Notes under the pieces: model-generated
What the model saw: only the letters and a program-made list of their open reading frames with translations
Database searches by the model: none
Told to the model about the DNA's origin: nothing
Program-made: the position numbers and the translations under genes
Assembly (NCBI GenBank): GCA_030704615.1
Contig: CM060733.1
Coordinates: forward strand, 42,656,001 to 42,720,000
DNA from: Takakia lepidozioides
Taxonomy: Eukaryota > Plantae > Bryophyta
Reading direction: 5' to 3'
Length of the DNA stretch: 64,000 bases
Shown: piece after piece, positions 49,331 to 62,409 of the stretch
Numbering within the stretch: the first letter of the stretch is position 1
How the letters are laid out: every line of letters begins with the position of its first letter

Positions 49331-50184
49331 GCTTGGCTTGCGGTCCACATACAATGGTACGCCCATCGGATAGTAGAACTGTACTGCTGCCAGTACCTCA
49401 GACTCTGGCCACACAAAGGTCCGACATATGTCTTGCCTACCAGTAACCTGTTTTGATCGAACTAAGATATTACTATATCGTTCACTTGTTTCCACGTGCA
49501 TGTATTTTTGTATGTTGGAGGGTTCATGTTTTTCTGCTTTCCGAAAACTTGCTCTCCTCATTCGACCTCCGACAAGGAAATGCGGCGCCGAATTTCCAAG
49601 TATCGTCGTAGGTACCCCCAGAGGCGGCCTTCGCCAACACCAACCCGCTCCGAAATTTCGCACGTGCGAACCCTAATGCGGCATCCTATTTCCCAGTTCA
49701 GTTGCAAACCTTTCCCGCCGAATACCCGAAGAAGACAGAATTGTGAAGTACTGCAGACTGTATTGGTGCAGACTCCATTGGTTCAATCGCGGCAAAAGGG
49801 TCAGCTTCATTCCAATGTTAAGGCATGTAAAACCGCGGAATACTCTATACAGGCCAGTATGCGACGTCCTTTTGCAGTGGTATACTGGATTTCCCGTTGC
49901 ACGGTCACTTATTTCCATGAGCGGATCTATAAAACCATGAGCGGACTTGTTACTGACGACATATCTTCGCCGCATTACATGATCTGGAACGTCCAAAAAC
50001 GGCAAGGTCAAATAAAAAAACTATTATTTTAATACTTGTTTAATCTGCCGCATTTCCAAATTTGGAGGAGTCCGCTCATGAAATCCGCGTATCTTAGACT
50101 TCGGCTCACCGCTCATGCGGCTCATGCGGCTCATGGCTCATGGCTCATGGTTTCTGCTCATGAAATAGTAAACCTCTGGATCTG

Positions 50185-51019
50185 GCTCTTCTTCAATAAT
50201 AAGTCCTTCATCAAGAGGTTCATCTTCATCGGATGAATCTTCTTCTTCATCCGTGTCGTCCATGAGTTTGAGAGCATTTGGAAGGTCATAGTCTCCTTGA
50301 AACATTCCCAGAGCATTTATAGGATCTGTCTCTTCATCTGGTGCTTCTGGTTGAACAGCAAACAAAAATGCATCGGGAAGTTGATCCTCTACCCCCGTGG
50401 CTAGTTCTCCTATAGTAATCCTTGACAGATGATCTGCTGTAACATGTAATCTCCCTGGTTTATGAACAACTTCAAAGTCATACTCATGAAGAAGTAATAA
50501 CCATCGAGCAACCCTGCCACTAGCTAGTGGTCGATTTGCTAAATGAACTAGAGCCTGATGATCAACAATAAACTTAAAGCGATTGCCAAGTAAATAATGC
50601 CGAAATTTTTGAACAGAATAAATCATTGCCAATGCTTCTCTTTCTGTGGTGCTATAGTTCTTTTCTGCTGTTGTTAACAATCTGCTTGCATAATAGAGGT
50701 GAATCTATTGTGCCTGTCACATTCTGAGCTAGAACCGCTCCCAAGGCAATGTCTGATGCATCACTGTGTACATGAAATGGTAAATCCCATCTTGGATTTA
50801 TCAGAATTGGTGCTGCTGTGAGTGCCCTTTTTAGTGAATCAAATGATTCCTGGCAAGCTGGAGACCATCTGTATTCGGCATCTTGCTTCAGTAGTCTATA
50901 GACTAGTGCTGCTCTGTGAGCATATTTGTCCATGTACCTTCTGTAATAGCTCGTCTGTCCCATAAATCTCTTGAGTTTCTTGGGATTTTCTGGTGGTGGT
51001 ATTTTCTGTAACCTCCACT
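50185..51019 (-). pseudogene. Gypsy B pol, RT thumb/RNase H
   Basis: LKRFMGQTSYYRRY, FHVHSDASDIALGAVLAQ, NYSTTEREALAMIYSVQKFRHYL, FIVDHQAL, ADHLSR. Confidence 0.92.
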
Positions 51020-52199
51020 CACTAGAAGAGAAACCGGCTTTTTCCACGGGTATGCCATCTCACACCTGGCACATTCCACGGCTTTTATCACGGGTCTGTA
51101 GAGTGAGCCAAGGTGTGGTTCAAAATATGCCCTAATTGTGGGGTGTCTCACATGTGATCCACACCTGAGGCAAGAACGGTGTGAAAACAACCATGAGCGT
51201 GGCGGGAGTTGGCTTAGTTTACATGGCATGTTACACACATGTGTGAAATGGGTCCATAGAATTTCCACATTTGTGGTGTATGGGGAGTTTGAGAATGATG
51301 CCCTTGGAAAATGATCATGAGCTTCATGTTCATGTTTAGAAATCTGCACGATGGGCTACTAGCAAGCGAAGAATCACCCCCTGCTACACCCCATTTTCAA
51401 TCTCTACATTATGAAGTCTATAATGCCCTTGGTGAAATGAGCATGGGGATCGCATTCAAAGGTGACCATGTTCCGTTGCAACCTATGACAACTAGGACAA
51501 ACAAGCATAGGCATGATTTACATTTTTTGCCACAAATCACTTGCATCATCCTTACGTTGAACTCCTTCTTTATGTGACATGCTTGGACTTTGTCATCTCA
51601 CACATCAAAGAAAAAACCAGAATATTTCAAAAAAATCCATAGAATTTTAACAAGAGACCAAAAAGGAAACCCAGGTCTAGGTGGGTAGCATGGCGAGTCT
51701 CTATACAAGGTGATTTATTTTAAATTGTAAGTGGTTTCAACAACTTCATTAGCAACTCCACAATTATATTTTAAATTCATGTAAATTGAAATATATAAAT
51801 CAGTATTAGATAGAAATAGTTGTTTTAACTACTCATTTCATGACTATGAACCTTACCCAGTAAATAAATTAACCAAGGCCTTTGTACCTTGTTATATATA
51901 TACGTTTTGCACCCTAACATATATATATAGCTAAAAATACCTTCACATAATTACATGGACCATATAATTATTTTATATAATGTTAGGGTGCAAAACATTC
52001 AAAAACTTCAAAAGTTGGCTCGAATTTAGGGCTGCTAGGTCGCGGTGTGCAGGGTTGGGACTTAGCGTTTTTTGGGGTCCGGTCTTTCTTAGTGCCAAGC
52101 ATCGTGATAGCAGGAACTCGAGGCCAATGTGGTGAGGGCACATTTTTCTTCGACCTATTTCAGCATGTTTTGCCCTATCATCAGACTCGGCCCTAAATT

Positions 52200-52940
52200 T
52201 GCAGCACGGAGCAGAGTTGGCATGAGTTTTACCCTTCACGATGGTGGGACAACAGCCCTGAGTTTTCCAAGGATGCGAAGGGCGTGTTTGACGAAATGGC
52301 TGCCAAGATGTCGTGTCATGGAATGCAATGATCGCAGTGTGGTACGAAGGCTTTGGAGACATATGAGGAAATGATGCCAGACAGGTTGAGCCCTAACGCA
52401 GGCTGTGTTTCAATCTCTGCCCGCTCAATTGCACCGTGGTGGTTCTCATTGACCAATCCGACATTGCCAGACTACAAACACATGCAGCACACACAAGAGG
52501 TCCTCTTGGGTTCATGGTCAGCCAAATCCTCCATGGGTCATGACACAAGGTCGAGGACAATGTGGTGAGGGCACTTTCTTCTTCGACCTATTTCAGCCTG
52601 TTTTGTCCTCTCATCAGACTCAGCCCTGAATTTGCAGCACGGACCAGAGCTGGCATGAGTTTCTTCACGATGGTGGGACAATCGCAATCGCAAGGTGTGG
52701 CTTTTTCTTAATGTAGGATGTAAAGAAGTTTGTCCATCCTACAAATGTGGGCTTTTGGCTCCTGTTAGTACCATGCATGTTGTACCCAATGTCATTCTGA
52801 ACACTGCCCTGGTGGACTGCATTTATGCCAAATATGGGTGTATCGAGGATGCAAAGGAAGTGTTCGATAGTATGGCTGAACGAGATGTGGTGTCGTGGAG
52901 TGCGATGATTGCAAGATATGCACAGCAAGGGCGCGGATGG
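52200..52940 (+). pseudogene. Captured fragments: OSB-type PDF motifs interleaved with PLS-PPR repeats
   Basis: TEQSWHEFYPSRWWDNS, DAKGVFDEM, NPTLPDYKH, RWWDNRNRK, and NVILNTALVDCIYAKYGCIEDAKEVFDSMAERDVVSWSAMIARYAQQG. A unit of about 130 bp is duplicated at about 52120 and 52555. Confidence 0.78.
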
Positions 52941-55315
52941 AGGCTTTGGAGACCTATGAGCAATGATGCGGGAATGGGTGATTCCCTATGGGAAAATAGA
53001 CATAGCTGTAATGATAGAGTGAGGCATGAAGCAAGCTTTGGATGGCACAGACATGAGAGCGTAGGTACTAAAAGGTAGTAGGAACTGGGAATATGTTTGC
53101 ATTACAGAGCGTAACTTTATAGGCAAGAGAAAATGGTCACAAGCTTGTAAGATGAGTGCTTCAATCTGTTCTTATACAAGGTTCTCCTCAGTTTCTGATA
53201 GTCTGTTCGCTAGCTTTCTAGTTGCAGGGAACCCTTGGGTGTTGATTTCGTGCTCCACGTCAGCCCAATGGCCAAGGTCAGCTTTGTTCATGATGGCCTT
53301 CCGGGGCTTTTGGTGGTGGATGGAGAGGACCTGAGGAAGGGCTATGCTGTGGCAACACCACCAACTCGGTCATAGATTTTCAAGCCTGTCTGCAGCTTGT
53401 GGATTTCAAGCCCATTATGCTCTACAATCCACTCCCAGAATCAAATTCGTCAAGGACAAATTCAAGCGTTGCTTTCAGATCCTGCGTCAGCATTGCATGG
53501 GCAAGGACATATCTGTTTTTAGTCAACCCTACGAGCCAATGAGGAGCATCGAGCTGTGCCACTATCTCCAAGTTGTTATGGGCCAGGCCAACCTCGACGA
53601 CATTAGCCAGATCTTTGAACGGTATCACACTAACTCTAAGGAAAGAACGCCACAAATCTGGGCTTACATTCTCATTGATCAACCCTCTCAAACACCTTTT
53701 GGTGGCCATAATCTGATCATCTCAAAGACAACATGTGAACACAAGGGTTGCAAGCGGCTTGAATCCCTGACGAATGCTGCCAAATTGCTGGAAAAGGCTG
53801 GGTGTCATCAGGAGGCAATCTTAAAATTGCTTCAGGCTCTGTGGCTGATGCTGCTATATTGGGGCAATGGCAACACGGAATGGCATCTCAGGCCTTCTAA
53901 TGAGGCCCTTGGGGTGCTGCAGGAAACTCAATCCCTGATACAAAGAGAAGGGATCAGCATTGATGTTGTATTATTGCATGAACTCCAACTTCTGCAATCA
54001 GTGAGATCTGGCACATTCCATGTAGACAAGGAGAACTGGGACAAGGCAAAGACACCAAAACCATTCAGGCTTAGGCTGATCTCATGCCATCAGGCTGCCC
54101 CATATGCTAGCCAGATTTCTAGACCAGTGGAGGCACAACGCAACGCACAAGCTCTCACTTTTCAGGGTTTCAAATTAACTAAGTGTCATGGTCTCTTTGA
54201 GGAGGCTGTTTCTCCCTGCGCCACTGCATGTATTGGGCGTATGAAGATGTGTGCAGGTTATGGCCAATCTGTTGCTCCGTCAAATTTCACCCACGCGTTG
54301 GCTGGTAGTTTTTCCCTCAACTCCGAGTTTGACAAACTAAGCACCCCGGGGTATGGAAGCATTGGCGAGTGGGCTGCCATTCTTTTCCTTGCCACTAAGG
54401 CTGATCGACTGGGGTTGAGTATGGTGGGTGGGCTTTGACGTTGCTTGGGACTCTCAACTTCACAGATTCAGGCTGCCCAACCTCTGAACCTGGTCTCTTT
54501 CCTCGGATGGTGTCTGCAGGTACAATGACCTCTTTACTTCACCTCCTGTTTATGATGTATACTCAATGGCACATGCCCCTGTTCTTGGATCAACATTATA
54601 CTTCTGATCATTTTACTCTCATGCACATGCCCGCTTTCCAAATGTACATGCCACACTCCCCCCTCTATTTGATAAAAATCCAGGGATATCTGTACGTGCT
54701 CTTTATGTTGTCTTGTTCTATGATTTCATTATCTCACTTCCATTCTATGATATGTATTTAGAGATACATGCCCCGGTTCTTGGATCAACACTCAGTATCT
54801 TATTTTTACATACTTATCTGAAGTCTACTTACCAAATGGCGCATGTTATCAACTGCTGTACCAGTAATTACTATAACCATGCTGACAATGTTCTATGTCT
54901 CCAACCTATGCACCCTAAGGCACATGCCCCTGCCACACCATACAGGAACTCGGACTTATAATTATGAGCACTAACAATATATGTACATTTCCGCTATGCT
55001 TAAGACAACAGGTTGCTGCTCACCATCTCAAAACATCCACAACAATGACAGACCAAGGACTCTCACATTATGAAAACACCAGAATGCAGGTCAGGTTACA
55101 TGCCCTATATCCTCCCCACTTCGTCTCAAGTGATATCCAACTACAAGCGACCATGGTGAAGCAGCTCATTGAATCTCCCATGTACCATTCCCCCTCTATG
55201 AACTTGTGTTCTTTTCAATGCCATGTCATTTCACTCTGTTTTCCCCTCTTATCAGAATCACCCTAAATTTTCATGTTTCAAGAATTCTGCAAGTTAGCTG
55301 GTTGAGTGAACCTTT

Positions 55316-55865
55316 GATAGTTTGGAGTGACTTTGACATGATACTGCCAAAGTGACAACAAGAAAGTATCCAGAAATAGGTAACAGAGAGGAGAAGTTGT
55401 GGAATGAATACTTTTCTGACCCCAGTCAATGGTGGGACAACCGTCTTGGAAGGTAAATGCCTTTGGATTACAGAGTGGTAGATGCAATTGAGAATATGGA
55501 CTGGTGTGATAAGTTGAGTTGGGTGTTTGCTGAAACAAATCTAGGCTGCCATTGTCAGCTGCTAACATCAATGCAAGGATGTATGCATGATCTGTGCAGA
55601 GGCATGGATAGCTGAAGGAGCAGGGATAGAGTGTCATCCAAGAGGGCCGGATTTCAAGCTCCAGATTACTTATGATTCCCTGTGGAAGGATAGCTACAAG
55701 AAACCTGCATGGGTAGATGGTACATAGTTTGGAGTGATTTTGACATGATACTGCCAAAGTAACAATAGGAAAGTATCCAGAAACATGTAACAGAGATGAG
55801 GAGAAACTGTGGAATGAATGCTTTTCTGACCCCAGTCAAGGGTGGGACAACCGAGGGAAAAAGGT
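55316..55865 (+). pseudogene. Captured OSB-type PDF-motif repeats (two exon-like units)
   Basis: REEKLWNEYFSDPSQWWDNRLG followed by a GT donor; HPRGPDFKLQITYDSLWKDSYKKPAWVD; EKLWNECFSDPSQGWDNRGK followed by a GT donor. Confidence 0.78.
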
Positions 55866-56491
55866 GAATGCCTATTAGATTACAGAGAGTAGGAGACGCA
55901 ACTCAACATAGACACTAAGGCAAACTCTCCTTTCCTACAAGGGTGTGTTTTGGTATCTGAGCGAATAAATATAGTTTTTAAAAACATAATTTCAATATTT
56001 TGTTATTTAATAATGTTCTCATCGAGGCCACTGTCCATTTTCCCTATAATAATAATAATAATAATAAATTAAATCCATTAATATTCAAACTTAATATTGG
56101 AAATCCATTAATAATTAATTAATGCGTACCACCACACAGGAACGAACATGTGTTGCATAATGACTTGTTTGAAGGTGTGAAATATGACACGTGTCGCATA
56201 GTGGCTTGTTCAAGGTGTGAAATCCGCCGTGAAACATGCCACACTGGCTTTTTTCACACTCTGCCATGTCAGCAATGCCATCGGCCATGTCAGCGGCCAT
56301 GTCACCATGCACCCCGTGAAAAAATCCACCCGTGGACTTTTCCACAGGGCCACCCGAGAGCCAGGCCGTCCACGGGGTGTCCGAAAGCACTAGTCGTTTC
56401 TTACACCCATGGCAGGTGTGGACTGCGGTTGATTCCACAACAAAAAGTGTGAAAAAAGCCGTGGAAAAAGCCGGTTTCTCTTCTTGTGACT

Positions 56492-59400
56492 TTCTTTGGA
56501 TCTACCAGAATTCCCTGTTGGCACACAATGTGTCCCAATAATAATCCTGAATTCACACATAATGTACATTTTTCCGGGTTGAGACTTACTCCATTGTTTC
56601 TGCAGCCTTGTAGGCAAAGTTTTAACTGTGCCAAATGTTTGGATTTATGTCCGAAGACACTGAAATCATCCAAAAATACCTGCATAAAATCATTGAGATA
56701 GTTCTTGAATATCTCAGATACTGCTCGTTGAAATGTGGCTGGTGCATTGCAAAGTCCAAATGGCATGACTTTGTAAGCATATGCTCCCCATTCAGTGATG
56801 AATGCGGTCTTTCCTCGGTCTTCTTCTGCCATCTGTACCTGGTTGTACCCACTAAACCCATCCATGAATGAGTACATCTCATGTCCAGCCACTGTGTCCA
56901 ACACTATTTCAGTGAAAGGTAGTGGAAAAGGGTCTTTCTTGGTTCCTGCCTTTAACTTACGGTAGTCCACACACACTCGCAGTTTTCCATTTTTCTTGGG
57001 TACTATCACAATGGGTGATAACCATTGTGGTGTCTCTACTGGGTATATGAATCCTGCATCCAGTAACTTCTTGATTTCTTCCCAAACTTTAGCTGCATAG
57101 TTGGGGTTCATTCTGTAACGGTTCTGACGAATTGGTTTTGTCGACTTCCAATTCAATTCGGTGTTGACAGATATTAGAAGGTATACCCTTCAAATCTTTA
57201 GAGTTCCAGACAAATACATCATTGTATTCAGTGAATAATGCAGTAGCTTCTTGTAGAAATGTTTCTTCAAGACCTGCACTTACTCGTATTATTTGTGGTT
57301 CTTCCACTGTTCCCAGATTCACTTGAATCAATTGAGTTTCTTCCGTTACTGTCCATCCTGCAGTTTCTTGTCCGATGGTTGCAATTGTGGTAGGTAGGTA
57401 CTCACTGATTTGAATGTCTTCTTCCCTTTCTTGATAGAAACGGGCAGGGTGTTGAGGTGTGTCCATCGCTTCTTCCTCTGAATCTTCCGTTCTCGAAGTA
57501 TTTGGTTCTCCTTGAGTGTTCACCATGTGACATCCTACTGTTGTGGTATGCTTGACCACTAGTTGCCCAATAGGTTCCAATTGTGGATGTGCTGCGTATA
57601 CTGTGGCTTCTTCTTCATCCGACAGTCCACTGGACCAATCATACTCTTCCACTATGCAAGGTCGTTTCTCTCGCGGAATAGTACCTCGTTGCTTGGTAGT
57701 GATGGTGACTTGTTTTGCTCCCTTTTTTATTGGGCTTGTGTTAACCATGGTCGGCCAAGTAGTAGCGGATATCCTTCTGCCACATCCTCCATTCTGAGAA
57801 TGGTTATTAATACTTCGTATACTAGTCCTGCTACTTCCATTGCAAGTCGTCTGATGATCCCCAATGGCTGCACTTTTCATTGATCAGCCATTCGTACCTC
57901 CATCGATGAGTACATCCGTTACCATCTTCCTTCCAATATGTACTTGTATTACGGGTATTGCTTCGTCGTAATCGGGAGTTTGTCGTATAGTTGTGGGTTT
58001 AATCGTGTAAACTTCTAGTGTTGGTTTTTGTTTTTGTGTGGGGGTCAATGCCTCGATTGCCCGGAACAAAGTTTTCTTGCAGTGCGGAGCAATTTTTAAT
58101 AATTGTCCAATGGTAATTTGGGTCTTGGTCTGGCAGATTACTTCGGCCAATTCTGTTTCCGTGGTTGTATTCTTCGTTTCTCATCGTTGGTCTGATTTGC
58201 TTATCTGGAGTTGGCTCCCCAGAAGGTATATGAGTCCCCTCTTGCATTTGAGCTATGGCTTTACTTACCTCCTGGTGTAAGCTCTTTTCCTCCTGCCATG
58301 CTGCACTTTCTGGATATTGTTTCCGTTCTTCTTCAATCTCCTTATCTGGAGGTTTCTGTTTCTTGGCTTGAGTTCAGGTTATCGCAAGGGTATCCACTAC
58401 AGGGGTTACCACACTTACGGCTACACTTGGTCCGGCTTCCATATTTCCCACTTCTGCCTCATGCTTGATTCGCAACTGGCATTCATGTTTCCAGTGCCCT
58501 TCTTTCTTGCAATAGTGGCATCTCGTGCTTTCTTTGTTTCTGGGGATGTTCCCTATCTGGATATTCATTTGTTGGCCTATCTGGAACGATTACCCATATT
58601 GTATCGTCTTGGTTTGTATCCGATCCTCCCCGTCGGATTTGAACTTGGTGTACCCCCACCTCTCGTGTGTACCCAGTCTTCTTAGCCCGTTGGTTGTAAA
58701 TACAATGGCTGGTATTATGATTGTTCATATGACAAATATCATAGTATTTGTCCTTCATATGGCATTCTGTTGCCAAGTGTCCTGCAGTCCCGCATTTGTG
58801 ACACCATGTTGCCTTTCGTGGCCCTTCATCTTTAAAGTTCTTGATAGCCTCTGCTATCTTCTGATCCAAAGTGGTTTTGTCAATCACTTCTTTCTTCTTT
58901 TGCTTGGGCTTTTCTTCATCATCAGAGTCTTCTTCCTCCAAGAGATCCTTGGAATCTTTGCTTCTGCTTTGATGGAAACAGTGATTCAGAGCTAGGAGGT
59001 CCTTGTCCCAATGATAGTCGTCTTCCAGCTGCTGTCCCTACTAAGCTTAATGAATCTTTAAAAGCTTTGAGTGCAGTTCTGGTTATCCTTTCTGGAGAAG
59101 TGCTTTCACTTCTTTCACCTTCTTCACTTAGAATGTTCTCAAATCTTTCTTCTAATATTTCAGCAAAACCTCGTTTTGGACTTGTTACTGTAGAAGGTCC
59201 TTAAGATCTTTCTTGTATTAACCATTCATCAAGTACATTATTGGCAACTTCTTCTGGTGTAGTGTTCCCATTCAAGTTCTGTAATTATGGGAACTCTTCT
59301 CTTAACCGAACCTCCTTTTCTGCAGCATATTTCTCTATTCGTTCAGCTCTGTCTTGTTTAGCTTTTTTTTTAATTTCCTCATTCATTCCCACGTCATATG

Positions 59401-60837
59401 TAGAATTCCTTTTCGGCACCCTTTAAACAATCTTGGTATGTCAGTAAAGAAAATTTATAGTGGTCTCTACCCTTTCTTCAAAGATTTATCCTATCTTGCA
59501 AGAATCCATATTACGACTTAATTTTCCTTTTTACTGATTGATCACCAAACTTTTAATGGGCACAATAATACCATTTGTCTTCTTCAGTGTATCTGACTTG
59601 CAATAAGTCTTTGGGTATCCAGTACTCCACTGCTTCTATGATTGTGTGACAGTATTCATAATTTGAACATCATTCTCTGAAAATATAACTAGTGTAGCAA
59701 GCTTTTCTGATTGGGATTAGAGTAATCAATAGAGCTAGACGAGACAACCACTCTTCACTTCTAATCCTACATTCCCAAGGTGCTCGTGTAATACTGATCA
59801 CTCCTCCCTTCAATCCCCATTTGTCATCTTCTTTCGCGACTGAAAGAAAGATTTTCTGTTGTATTGCTCTTGGAAAAACCATCAAATTTTTCCAGGAATG
59901 TTTTCCATTCCTTTGCTTCTCTTGACTTGTTCTGTCGTGATTTCAAGAAATCACTGAGTAACCATCCTTCTTTGAGTACTCTTGAACTCAACATACCGTT
60001 AGTCCCCAGTATGGTCGCCAAATGTTAACCGCTAGTTTATGATTTAGACAAAACAGACTATCGACACTACTGCCCATTTCCTAAGACATGCAACAGAGGT
60101 TGTCTGACGGTATGCTTTCAGAAACAATTACGAAGTAATTGTTTTAAGGATAGCTAAACCATGAACGTCATATGAAACCATATTCATGTAGGCTGCTTAA
60201 TCCTATTGATTAAGCCCAATCTACAATCTCTTAATATAAAAGATTTTAGTCAAAAGGACTAAGGTCTCTGGGTTCATACAACAGAGGGTAGTCAAGACAA
60301 AACAAGAACTATTATGAGATGATACACATTCTCACCATATCACGTTCTCTCATAATGCACATTCTCTCCATCCCACATTCACTCTACACAGAGATACTTC
60401 GAATAGCATGACTTTACTTCAGAGCTCGTCACTTCATCACAGAAGTACACACTGATCCCCGATACTCATACTACACACCTTCTAAGTTGCGTGTAGTTTT
60501 TTTATACTATGCTCAAAAGAGCTGTTACAGTCTGCGGTCGTTAATGACCGTTTGCCTAACTGCCTACGCAACCTAAAAGGTTTGCTAAAAAGTGGCTCGT
60601 TGCAGTGTTCGTGAGCCATAGTGGTAAACGGTCCACTACTCTCTCTATTGGTTAAAACCGATGCTAACGTGGCCGTGTGATATCGTGGTTCACGGCTCAC
60701 AGTTACTACACTACTCACTACTGTTCTCGTGGTAATATACCCTTGTCCCGCCATTGGCTAAGTACCGCGTACTTAGCCGTCTCTGCCTGTGGCCCAGGTA
60801 ATGTACGTCCATCACTCGTAGTATAGCCGTTATCACA
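56492..60837 (-). mobile_element. Gypsy B 5' part: LTR (about 60023-60837), PBS, accessory ORF, deleted gag, protease, RT
   Basis: PBS TTTGGCGACCATACTGGGGA at 60003-60022. Knuckles CHKCGTAGHLATEC and CHYCKKEGHWKHEC, protease VLIDGG, RT DGFSGYNQ and FLDDF. Multiple frameshifts. Confidence 0.9.
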
Positions 60838-61112
60838 CCAGTGGGTGACAATGGCTGCACATGTCTACGACACCCACTGCAAGATGCTAATGACAATTGT
60901 TATTTGTGAGATGAAAGGAGAGGACACACAATTGGAGATGCTTCTTTGGCAGGGAATAAACGAACAGATGGCCAGGGCGGGATTGCCCCATCCAAATTTC
61001 CGTGGTTTCATGGCAGACAACGCACAAGCAAATTGGGCTGCCATCCGAAGGGTGTACGGGGAAGACCCCAATGTTCCGATGGAAGGCAAGGAGAGATCTT
61101 GTGGGTTCCATT
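60838..61112 (+). pseudogene. Fragment of another GCM-MULE transposase copy (DDE core)
   Basis: WVTMAAHVYDTHCKMLMTIVICEMKGEDTQ...FMADNAQANWAAIRRVYG...ERSCGFH, nearly identical to element 2 but without its insert of about 370 bp. Confidence 0.92.
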
Positions 61113-62345
61113 TTACTACCTTGTTCATGGTCAGTGCCCACCTAGTTATGGTAAGGAGCAGAGGAAGAGAATCGCTATCAAAGCTTTACCTTATACTATG
61201 GTAGGAAGCAGAATGTATAAGTTAGGACCTGATGGAGTACTAAAACGATGCTTGTACCACCATGAAGTGAATAAAGTTTTGGCGGAAGTTCATAAAGGAG
61301 TGGCGGGAGGTCATTTTGGAGAAGAGACTACCAGTAGAAAGATACTACTCGCAGGATACTGGTGGCCTACTTTGTTCAAAGATGTACACGAGTATTGTCA
61401 GAAGTGTGATGAATGTCAGAGGCTAGGACCTTTGCAGAGATCAAGAAGGATGGCCTTGCATCCTACAATGCCTACGGAACCATTTCAGAAATGGGGACTA
61501 GACTTTGTTGGACCAATTAACCCACCATCCAAGAATACACGAAACAGGTACATAATTACAGCCACTGATTATACTACAAAGTGGGTGGAAGCTAAAGCTT
61601 TGAGGGACAACACAGCCAAGTCCACAGCAAGGTTCTTGTACGAGAACATACTTACACGATTTGGCTGTCCCTTAGAATTTATCAGTGATCAAGGAAGTCA
61701 CTTCATGAATGAGACCATTGAGTTGTTGACTAAAGAGTTTATGATTGTGCATAGAAAGAGTACAACATATTACCCACAGGGTAATGGGTAATGGGCAAGA
61801 GGGCTACCAACAAAATACTATGTACTATCTTGGCTAAGATAGTCAATGCAAACAGAACGGATTGGGATACGAAGCTGCTGACAGCTTTGTGGTCATACAG
61901 GACTTCATATAAAGTCACCACTAAGTATACACCATTCCAATTAGTTTATGGTATGGAAGCCTTACTTCCAGTGGAATTCCTGTTACCTACCATGAGAACG
62001 GAGTGGGGAAAGAGAATGGAATTGCAAGACTCCATCAAGGTCAGGAAACATGAATTATACCATGTGGAAGAAGTACGTGCTGATGCAGCTGATAATATGA
62101 CCAGAATTCAGATGAAGCGAAAGGAACAGTTTTGATGAAGGCAAGTTAAAAGACTTTTAAGACGGGGGATTTGGTTCTATGGTTGCAGAAGAAAGGAAAG
62201 ATTCAAGCTTCTAAGCTTAAATCACCATGGAAAGGACCTTATGTCATACAAAAAAGTATGATAACAACACCGCCATGTTACAAACCATTAACAAAGAAAT
62301 GCTGGGAAGAGTCAATGCAAATAAGTTGAAGGGGTACAGTGGTAT
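61113..62345 (+). pseudogene. Gypsy C integrase (H2C2, rve core), degenerate
   Basis: GGHFG...GYWWPTLFKDV...CQKCDECQR, KWGLDFVGP, ISDQGSHF, YYPQGNG, TPFQLVYG. Confidence 0.92.
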
Positions 62346-62409
62346 CCATGACAAACCCTGCAACATGATTTGCATGTTGAACCGCAAGAGCAGTCACGAG
62401 CTGCACCAG

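Larger units (their letters stand above)
35583..50176 (+). mobile_element. Complete 14.6-kb Mutator-like DNA transposon (element 1) with GCM-MULE-SWIM transposase, ParB-MTase-like cargo gene, third ORF and palindrome arrays
   Basis: Imperfect TIRs GGGGGCTGCTATTTCATGAGC / GAGGTTTACTATTTCATGAGC, each followed by CATGAGC(C/GG) repeats. TSD TGGATCTG(G) at 35575-35582/3 and 50177-50184/5 (8-9 bp). The Gypsy pol frame is restored on removal. Confidence 0.93.
51020..56488. mobile_element. Non-autonomous CACTA (Pack-type) element inserted in Gypsy B RT
   Basis: TIRs of about 30 bp, CACTAGAAGAGAAACCGGCTTTTTCCACGG / CACAAGAAGAGAAACCGGCTTTTTCCACGG. 3-bp TSD ACT at 51017-51019 and 56489-56491. No transposase seen. 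Confidence 0.92.

Noticed and set aside
51905-51995. Hairpin ttttgcaccctaacat...atgttagggtgcaaaa as an ncRNA
   Set aside because: A 16-bp inverted repeat around an AT-rich loop, more consistent with a tiny MITE relic; no RNA family features.
53344-54438. 364-aa ORF inside the CACTA
   Set aside because: No recognisable motif or transposase signature; may be the antisense of a decayed coding fragment. Cannot be supported as a gene.
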